Assembly: GCA_034723395.1 (NCBI GenBank)
Contig: JAYEOW010000022.1
Span: 1 to 15,803 of the forward strand
DNA from: Candidatus Margulisiibacteriota bacterium
GTDB lineage: Bacteria > Margulisbacteria > WOR-1 > O2-12-FULL-45-9
Length of the DNA: 15,803 nt
Direction: 5' to 3'
A model generated the notes under the pieces. That model saw only the letters and a list, made by a program, of their open reading frames with translations, was not told the DNA's origin and ran no database searches. A program made the translations under genes and the position numbers. Every line of letters begins with the position of its first letter. Position 1 is the stretch's first letter. Positions 8,901-14,533 of the stretch are shown here, in pieces.

Positions 8901-11640
8901 CGGTAAAGGCAAAACCCCTTGCGACATGGACCGATCCGCGGGCAACAACTGAAGCGATCCTCCAAAACCGGGTTGCGGTTTGGGCCGCCTTTGCCGTACT
9001 GTAAGCGCTGGCAAGCTCAAACGGCAGGGTAAACAACTTAGCTACGCCGAGAGAGACCGCCAAAAGGGCGATGCTTGTAAAAATATTTTCCCATTTATCG
9101 ATAAACCCTGCCGTACCGTAAGCCGCCTTAACGAAATTATTAGTCGGGCGGAAATATTTTTTAACTAATCCATGGAATTGCGAATCACTTAAACCACCAA
9201 GCTCTCCTGGAATTCTTACTTTAGTATTGCTATAAGATAAAGTAAGTGATTGTCCGCTCCTTATCGCCCGGGTGAAACCCTTTAAATTGCCCAGATTCTT
9301 ACGCGCTGCACTATCCAGTCCGCTTGCATCAGAAAATCGGGAATTTCTCAGAAATTTTACTCCGGCGTTCCACTGTGCATTATTGGCATGTTTCACCAGC
9401 ACGCGCATCTGAGCCGACATTACAATAAGCTGAATTCTTCTTTGGATATCTTTCTTTAAAGCGAGGGTCCCGCTTGACCCTGTTCTCCCTTTTGAGGCTA
9501 ACGCGTATAATTTTTTCAAGCTTGCATTAATAGCCGGGATCTTATCAAATCCCCCCTTAAAAGCTGCTCTCAATAACCCCCTCACGCGGCTCTCTAGTTT
9601 CGGAGGAAGTTTTGCGCACACTCGAGATATAACGGTATTAACAAATCCTCCATTCTGTAATCGCTCTGCCCAGCGATAAGTCTCCGCGATCCCCTGTAAT
9701 CGGGACAATGCGGCAGTAAACCTTTTCGCTTCACCCCTTGAAACCTGTTCACCTCTTGCCATTTTTTTGCTGATATCTAGAACAAATCGCTCATCTGAAG
9801 ATCGATCCACCCTGATCCCCATTGCCTGAAGGCCCGCTCTGGACCGGCGATAATCCGCTACAACCATAAGCTGTGAAGTGCGAACTGCAAAGCGCATAAA
9901 CTCGCCATATTTAAAGACCCCTCTCCCGTAAGCTCTGGTTAAAAGAGCCGTTTTATTCCTTCTAAATATTCTTGCCGAACGAGCCAAACCTAGTTTTCCA
10001 CCACTGTTATTGTCCCATTTAATCAACTGGTCCAACCGGTCTGATGCGTATGCATCATGTATTTTTGTTTTTGGATCCCGCTTTCTCAGCAAACCGGTAC
10101 TTAATTCCATGTAAGGGAGACCAAGGCCTCTTACAAATTTGCTAACAGACCCATCGCCCGGCTTTAAATGTATCAGCCCAAATCTCAGCCCCCCGATCGC
10201 CCGGGATATTACCTTATATTTGTTTTGTATTTTTGTGGTAATAGAACGGGAGGTAATCATCTCTTTTATCAGATAATTTGTTTGGCGGACCAGGCTTCGA
10301 TAAGATAGCTCTAATGCCTTAAATCCCACAGGTAATTTTAAATTTGCAAGGGATTTCCTGTCTTTTAAGGCCTGAGCAACTAAACCAAGTTTTTGAACGC
10401 CTCTTCGTAAGACAACCCCGTTTTTTTCATATTTAACCGCAACCCCTTCCAACCCCCTGCTCCATCTTAAAAATTTGGCACCTGATCGTTTTATTCCCGA
10501 TAAGGAAGCCTGTAACTTCACATATTCAGCCATGATATTCTTTCTTAAACGGGGCGTAATCCGGTAAGACACATTACTTAAACAAACGTCTATCTCTCCC
10601 AAGACCCTCTGCGCACTGCCTGCTTCAATAACATAACGCATATACATCGAGATCCGGTCACGGATCCGGCCGCCTTTGACATAATATTTTAACGCGGCGG
10701 CAATATTACCTCTCTGGACCGCCCGTTTTGCCTTAGCCAGATAAGCCCCTCCCAAGCTGAACAACCTGCTGACTTTCCGGCTATTAAACTCACGGCTTAC
10801 TTGTCCGCGCGTATTATTCATCTGGATCCCAAACTGCTTATATTCTCTCGATTCTCCGTAAACTTCCCTGCGGACCAAAGATTTATATCTGGCTTCAACC
10901 TTTCTTCTTTCGGCTACAATTTGACCAACTAATTTTTTAGCTGTCGCCCTATCGGCTTTTGCAGCCTGGGCAGCAAATCCACGAATGCGCTTTAACGCCC
11001 TCGCCGCAAACCATCGAAACCGCCTTAAGGAACTCGATCCACTCGGATTATTAGAAAGGAATATGCTCAGGTTTTTTTCAAATTGGCCAAATACCCTGCC
11101 GGCTTCCCGCGGACTTAAGATAATTGAGGCCTTTAGATAGCTCAACGCTTCATGACGGGTAATTTGCTTCTTGCCGCTGGTAGGGCCGGTTGAACGGGCT
11201 GCAGGCAGACTGGTAGTTTCAGGAATTCTAACCTCGACAAAAGAGGCTAAAGCTTTTAGTCCATTATAAAGGACATTTGATAACAGGAAAGCAGTCGAAT
11301 ACGACTCAGGGTTCTTAATAAAACCGGCGGTTTTCAAAGCAGCAATAGTCCGTTTTGTGATTTGTAGCTTCGGCCGGCTGCGATCGTCGTTATCCCTTAA
11401 GATCTTTACAAACTGTTCTCTCTTTTTTCTTGCTTCAGCAGTTTTTCCTGTAGGAATGTTAAAAACCAGATCTCTGGCGGGGGTTTTAAGCTTTTGAGCT
11501 AAGGAGAGTATCTGATCATCCTGTTTAGAGTCAGTTATAAGGCGGGTTATTCCAGTATCTGCCCCTCCCAGCCTTGCTAAATCATTACTTTTAGGCTGTG
11601 GAGGCTGATTTCCAAATATATTGTTGGTTTCTAATGGCAC
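5905..11640 (-). CDS. Giant (1911 aa) highly basic protein with toxin/effector-like architecture
   Basis: Uninterrupted 5.7-kb ORF, GTG start with SD AGGAGG. Helical N-half, central hydrophobic/Gly-Ala helices, C-terminal repeated beta modules. No signal peptide. Confidence 0.85.
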   Translation of the reverse strand: MPLETNNIFGNQPPQPKSNDLARLGGADTGITRLITDSKQDDQILSLAQKLKTPARDLVFNIPTGKTAEARKKREQFVKILRDNDDRSRPKLQITKRTIAALKTAGFIKNPESYSTAFLLSNVLYNGLKALASFVEVRIPETTSLPAARSTGPTSGKKQITRHEALSYLKASIILSPREAGRVFGQFEKNLSIFLSNNPSGSSSLRRFRWFAARALKRIRGFAAQAAKADRATAKKLVGQIVAERRKVEARYKSLVRREVYGESREYKQFGIQMNNTRGQVSREFNSRKVSRLFSLGGAYLAKAKRAVQRGNIAAALKYYVKGGRIRDRISMYMRYVIEAGSAQRVLGEIDVCLSNVSYRITPRLRKNIMAEYVKLQASLSGIKRSGAKFLRWSRGLEGVAVKYEKNGVVLRRGVQKLGLVAQALKDRKSLANLKLPVGFKALELSYRSLVRQTNYLIKEMITSRSITTKIQNKYKVISRAIGGLRFGLIHLKPGDGSVSKFVRGLGLPYMELSTGLLRKRDPKTKIHDAYASDRLDQLIKWDNNSGGKLGLARSARIFRRNKTALLTRAYGRGVFKYGEFMRFAVRTSQLMVVADYRRSRAGLQAMGIRVDRSSDERFVLDISKKMARGEQVSRGEAKRFTAALSRLQGIAETYRWAERLQNGGFVNTVISRVCAKLPPKLESRVRGLLRAAFKGGFDKIPAINASLKKLYALASKGRTGSSGTLALKKDIQRRIQLIVMSAQMRVLVKHANNAQWNAGVKFLRNSRFSDASGLDSAARKNLGNLKGFTRAIRSGQSLTLSYSNTKVRIPGELGGLSDSQFHGLVKKYFRPTNNFVKAAYGTAGFIDKWENIFTSIALLAVSLGVAKLFTLPFELASAYSTAKAAQTATRFWRIASVVARGSVHVARGFAFTGINRQLESRIMGVKHKEGFFKSAIWSTAMFYAHGKLLRKLKLDGLARNTAGQLVAKPLSFSKNLLRLGVVDTGFFTVWGIFKQVMDSNQSLSQIFSYKNIKGQFGSALQFSIAMGLAGGAAKRGAKSLRNARLKVGARIRDLRTRRLYGVAKGYQVRINALYEKLQKLGTAAETFGQRVHLLKKIAKLSNRYERSVLNLRRKDVLPGSTYRAILRFNRRIKRLAAEAVTTESQLREAGINVGPSSTFMARLARFVRTPAKVITLDENSALKKSLGIKYVYSRGVELTSDVITQTLALCKRKNIATADILVVSKARNGQIKVRIVNYKGSHWQIRKAGNGYQIFSNVNKPMHFKPLSLADTIKRMVGLGSFWRFAYDQRGQIGSVRSPEVTKVGKFTAENRAKTQTLGVKKLGIFIQKLVWGADQTKIVRLGDSDYYRVEARTTEGGAAKIYYTYVNKQALALLKQVIDIKTRVDRHTKRGGVFVLNASNVSINGQVYRIPKGVRGLFRRYIINIKFDIHKNSGEIPGVGRRVAEPDSRAVIAEPGISNRGVTPPLATPSAPSRHRFVTKETVIDSGEGMPSAKRLAGGPDRSGGVGKLAVPRVQKRDYSGLRTKEVLFALGREGGVVKLAQSDRIKFTPVPGNKGQYYIFIYNVKGRSIQYQYKVSMNTKNSIQGIVRNTNKKPLDISGWSDSKVFGQVFDSGTLRKASLNGNHQVRPETLPNGGLITHYRITIFKNNHRIVYRVSAHQRGEFMSRMGDVIGSMPRPISTPAAGRHITEPAGRADQRKVGTAVILKPGQEGEVLKSFKNHYRKGEVTVLPGQNASKFILVIGPKGKQKAYIIDAGFKAQLIMRMTEFHNSNGVGHRVPEAGRHSGNGGTGVGIKGPIQSLKHIGAPKEAWNVLHGKGEKIGQVTLTGRKIKEGVYEGRMLDGNYKEVRVAVVIAKKPKGSWVSGAQEFYADYLKVKNAGEQGRGPRVHGLVAVSNQAKVNYGYAYRLK

Positions 11641-11675
11641 TCTCTTGTTCCTCCTGGGGAATCTTCTAAAAACTC

Positions 11676-11730
11676 AAAAAGCGAACCATCTACAGTTCGC
11701 TCATTTTGCAGATGGCTTCGTGTCTCTCAC
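11676..11730 (-). promoter_or_regulatory. Attenuator-like leader (terminator hairpin, competing stem, short uORF)
   Basis: AGCGAAC-TGTAGATG-GTTCGCT followed by TTTT. Competing arm CGAAGCCATCTGCA pairs with TGTAGATGGTTCG. uORF GTG..TGA at 11730-11701. Confidence 0.5.
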
Positions 11731-11735
11731 TAGTA

Positions 11736-11762
11736 TTATCGTAATATAATGTAGAAAACTTG
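11736..11762 (-). promoter_or_regulatory. sigma28-like promoter of the giant gene
   Basis: Minus strand CAAGTTTT-N11-TACGATAA. Confidence 0.6.
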
Positions 11763-11784
11763 CATCATTCTCGCATCATTGAAA

Positions 11785-11861
11785 AGCTCGAATACCCGAA
11801 TTATGCTGCTCGAATTCCCTAATACTAGTGAATTCGGATTCCTCATTCGGGCTTTCGAGTT
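11785..11861. repeat. Long imperfect inverted repeat built of CGAA/TTCG units
   Basis: Nested pairs CTCGAA/TTCGAG, CCCGAAT/ATTCGGG, CGAATTC/GAATTCG. Confidence 0.7.
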
Positions 11862-11913
11862 ATATATGTTCGAGAGGGTTAAATTTTGACATTTTTATGC
11901 CAAAAACATTGCT

Positions 11914-11940
11914 GAAATTTCCGACCGATTCTATCGATAA
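11914..11940 (+). promoter_or_regulatory. sigma28-like promoter of 11967-12611
   Basis: GAAATTTC-N11-ATCGATAA. Confidence 0.7.
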
Positions 11941-11966
11941 TATATTGGTGAGAAAAGGAGACCAAA

Positions 11967-12611
11967 TTGAAACTAATACAATTCCGCATTAATCCCAATC
12001 CAAGCTGCTTCAACCGCCGGCTGGAAAACTGCCCGCCGCGGGGCTATTGCAAGACCATGCGTAAAAAGCCTGCCACCTGGCAATGTTTTAAATCTTATCC
12101 CCACCGTTTTAAAGTGCGGCTGCTCGGCAACAGCAATAATCCGGAGATGCTCCGGGCCAATCCGGAACTTATTGAAAGGTTTTCCGACGCGGTCCTGAAG
12201 AACTTTGAAGCGCGCACCGAAACGCTGACGATCGAAATCCAGGCTTCACTCCTCGCCTCGCCGCGCAATTTTAATCTCGTCCTCAAGGGCCTGGCCAATA
12301 ACCGGGACGATCATTACAACGGCATGCTGCCTATCGCAGATAAAGCATTTAGCCATTTCCCTAATCGCGAAGTTTCCCGCGAAATGACCGTGAGATTCCG
12401 GATGCGGGAACAAGATGAAGTATCCATGGATATCACCAGAAGAACATTCGACGGTATCGTCGAAAGAGTGACCGGATTTATTATCGAGAGTCCGGATAAA
12501 TCACGGATCGGGACGATTCCAAGAGTATCAATGGAAGCAAAAAAAGACATCGCCGGCGCCACTTCCGCCGTTTTGCAAAGAATGGTCGAGCTGGGGATGA
12601 TACCTAAGTAG
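11967..12611 (+). CDS. Hypothetical protein with basic N-terminus
   Basis: 214-aa ORF, TTG start 6 nt after SD AAGGAG. No family recognised. Confidence 0.75.
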   Translation: MKLIQFRINPNPSCFNRRLENCPPRGYCKTMRKKPATWQCFKSYPHRFKVRLLGNSNNPEMLRANPELIERFSDAVLKNFEARTETLTIEIQASLLASPRNFNLVLKGLANNRDDHYNGMLPIADKAFSHFPNREVSREMTVRFRMREQDEVSMDITRRTFDGIVERVTGFIIESPDKSRIGTIPRVSMEAKKDIAGATSAVLQRMVELGMIPK

Positions 12612-12621
12612 GCTGAAGAAA

Positions 12622-12713
12622 CGGGAGCGACGGGATTCTCCCGACTCACAGTCGGGATCCCGATGATTCCATAATCACATATTATAATGACCATCGGGAG
12701 AACCCTCGATCTC
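12622..12713 (-). pseudogene. tRNA 3' fragment (possibly tRNA-Asp), att-like, interrupted in the T-loop
   Basis: Removing 12639-12699 gives GAGATCGAGGGTTCGAATCCCGTCGCTCCCG: variable loop, T-arm (one stem mismatch), acceptor 3' strand and G discriminator. No D or anticodon arm is visible upstream. Confidence 0.7.
12639..12699. repeat. TCCCG...CGGGA double-hairpin palindromic element, copy 2 (61 bp)
   Basis: TCCCGACT-cac-AGTCGGGA followed by TCCCGATG-attccataatcaCATATTATAATGac-CATCGGGA, inserted at TTC^GAA. Confidence 0.75.
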
Positions 12714-12734
12714 AGACTAGTTTGGGTTAGTTTC

Positions 12735-12770
12735 ATTGTTAGAAAATTGTTAGAAGATTTTTAGAAGATT
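12735..12770. repeat. Three tandem 11-bp repeats ATT(G/T)TTAGAA(A/G), candidate integrase arm sites
   Basis: ATTGTTAGAAA, ATTGTTAGAAG, ATTTTTAGAAG, then ATT, about 20 nt from the tRNA fragment. Confidence 0.6.
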
Positions 12771-12779
12771 AAAACTTAA

Positions 12780-13580
12780 CTATTTAAAAGGATTATAATC
12801 TGGATGTTCCACCAAATATTGTTTTAAGAATAAAAAAGCCTCTTGGTTAAATCTTCTTTCACGCACTTTACCAGAAACGGTCCTAAGAGTATAACAGTAA
12901 TCTTTATTATCCGATATCTTCAACTTCTTCAAAGCCTGATAGACGAAGCCTCCGTTTTTCCCTAACTCTTCAGCAATTTTTTCTGTCCGATACGAAAACC
13001 TCAGAAGCTTATCAACCTCTTCTGTTTTCACAACTACAGGCATCCCCCGACCTCTCTTCATAATCTTCACGGGTGGGATTTCTTCCATTTTCATCTCTCT
13101 ATTTATTGGAAATTTAGCGACCAGATTAATCCTCTTCATAAACTCGTCCAATTTCTCAGCCCACATTCTGTCGTAATCATCTTTGGTAGCTAAATTATTC
13201 TCTGAAGAATGCCTAACCCAAACTTGCCCCTCATAAAATTCGGCTTTTTGTTGTGGGGGCGGAGAAGGATTTTCATACATACCTGGCTTGCGAAATATAT
13301 GGGGTTTAGATACCGAATTGGGGACGTATATTATAATTTTTTTATCATTTACAGAACTGATATTTTGAATCCTAGGTCCAATATAGCTGTTCACTTTGTC
13401 GTCGATTTTTGCGGAATCAAATTCTTTAGGGGATATCCTGCCAATATTGAACAATCGGATTTCTCCCCCATTTGTATTTGCCAAAGCAACGATCGTTCTA
13501 ATTATCCTTAGCCATTCTTTTGCACTTCCCGCAAACTTTGATTTATATTCAACTTTTTCGCTTTCAACAATTTTCTTCAT
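12780..13580 (-). CDS. Schlafen/AlbA_2 domain protein with C-terminal HTH-like domain
   Basis: ESEKVEYKS...IVALANTNGGEI, IYVPNSVSKPH, GQVWVRHSSENNLAT match AlbA_2. C-terminal YRTEKIAEELG...LKISDNKDYCY...RRFNQEAFLFL resembles a wHTH of the EC042_2821/DUF3644 type. Confidence 0.8.
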   Translation of the reverse strand: MKKIVESEKVEYKSKFAGSAKEWLRIIRTIVALANTNGGEIRLFNIGRISPKEFDSAKIDDKVNSYIGPRIQNISSVNDKKIIIYVPNSVSKPHIFRKPGMYENPSPPPQQKAEFYEGQVWVRHSSENNLATKDDYDRMWAEKLDEFMKRINLVAKFPINREMKMEEIPPVKIMKRGRGMPVVVKTEEVDKLLRFSYRTEKIAEELGKNGGFVYQALKKLKISDNKDYCYTLRTVSGKVRERRFNQEAFLFLKQYLVEHPDYNPFK

Positions 13581-13637
13581 AAATATACCTAAAAGATTAG
13601 GGTTTCACCCAGCTGCAACTAGTTCGTATATGTTACT

Positions 13638-14156
13638 TCAATTATTTAATTTAATGTAATACTTAAAATACTGAGGGATATCGTCCAGATACTTAACATC
13701 CACTTGAATCTTCTCAAAGGGCCGCAGTTTTGCCTTGATGGCTCTCAAATCTCTCTTCTTTTGGTATTTTCTCTTCCTCTTGCCTATCAGCCCATGATCT
13801 TTAAGTACGCGATAGATAGTGCAGGTAGAATATGGCAGCTTGAGCGAAGCCTTAATTGCCCAGCAGGAAATCCGGTTTTTACGCCTTTTTCTCAGTTCAA
13901 CGATCCTTTCCTCATCAGCCTTCGGAAGCTTTCTTGGTTGTTTCGGTCTCTTTGACTCATCCAGCAAACCATCCAGCCCCTTGCTCAAATACCTCCTATG
14001 CCATTTCCTGACCGTTACTACCGAAGCCATATATTCCCTGGCAGTTGGCTTAATCCCTATCTCCTTTACCCTTTGTACCATTTTTAACCTCCATCCATAT
14101 TTATTTGCTGATAGCCTAAGGTTCTCATAATATGTTATGCTTATTATAGGGATCAC
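13638..14156 (-). pseudogene. IS481-like transposase, C-terminally truncated
   Basis: HTH motifs GIKPTAREY..TVRKWHRRY..GLDGLLDESKRPK, EERIVELRK, TIYRVLKDHGL. The ORF stops just after the first catalytic Asp (IQVDVKYL), and no DDE continuation lies before the next gene. Confidence 0.85.
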
Positions 14157-14345
14157 TCCTTTCTTGTGTTGTTGCTAACATCATTATAAGGGTGGTCCCC
14201 AACCTTAAAAAGGCCCGATTTCATGTTTTTTGTGATTTTTTTGATATAGCCACTCCGAAACCACCTCCCCAATCCAAACACCCCTTTACCGTCGAGAAAC
14301 CCTATTTCTGCCAATTCCAGGGGTATACCATGTTCCAGATCATTT
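13638..14345 (-). mobile_element. Truncated IS481-like insertion sequence remnant
   Basis: Contains the transposase fragment and its RBS-sequestering hairpin. The boundary near 14345 is a guess because no matching second IR was found. Confidence 0.55.
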
Positions 14346-14366
14346 CTAAAAATTTTGGGATTTCGT

Positions 14367-14393
14367 GAAATTTCTTGTAAAAAGTGTCGATAT
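14367..14393 (+). promoter_or_regulatory. sigma28-like promoter of 14534-15196
   Basis: GAAATTTC-N11-GTCGATAT. Confidence 0.7.
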
Positions 14394-14533
14394 AAATATA
14401 GTGGGAGATGAACCTCTCACAAAAACCAGATGCTCCTCGACAAGCTCGGAGCAAGCCCAACGAGGCTTGCAAGGTCGATATCTGGAAGAAGAAAAAAAAG
14501 AAAAGTTAATAAAAATTAAGGAGGATGATATAA

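Noticed and set aside
11660..11672. 13-nt inverted match (TTTTTAGAAGATT) to the arm-like repeats at 12758-12770
   Set aside because: AT-rich single copy; chance cannot be excluded.
11886..11915. TTGACA as a sigma70 -35
   Set aside because: No -10-like hexamer at 16-18 nt spacing.
12622..12730. Functional intron-containing tRNA gene
   Set aside because: No anticodon arm, D arm or 5' acceptor strand (GGGAGCG) upstream on the minus strand, and the T-stem has a mismatch. Treated as a fragment.
1277..14130. Short ORFs overlapping the called genes (e.g. 1277-1483, 3240-3557, 3499-3969, 6574-9168 plus-strand set, 12314-12736, 13209-14130 plus-strand set)
   Set aside because: Antisense or alternative-frame shadows of better-supported genes, with no recognisable motifs.
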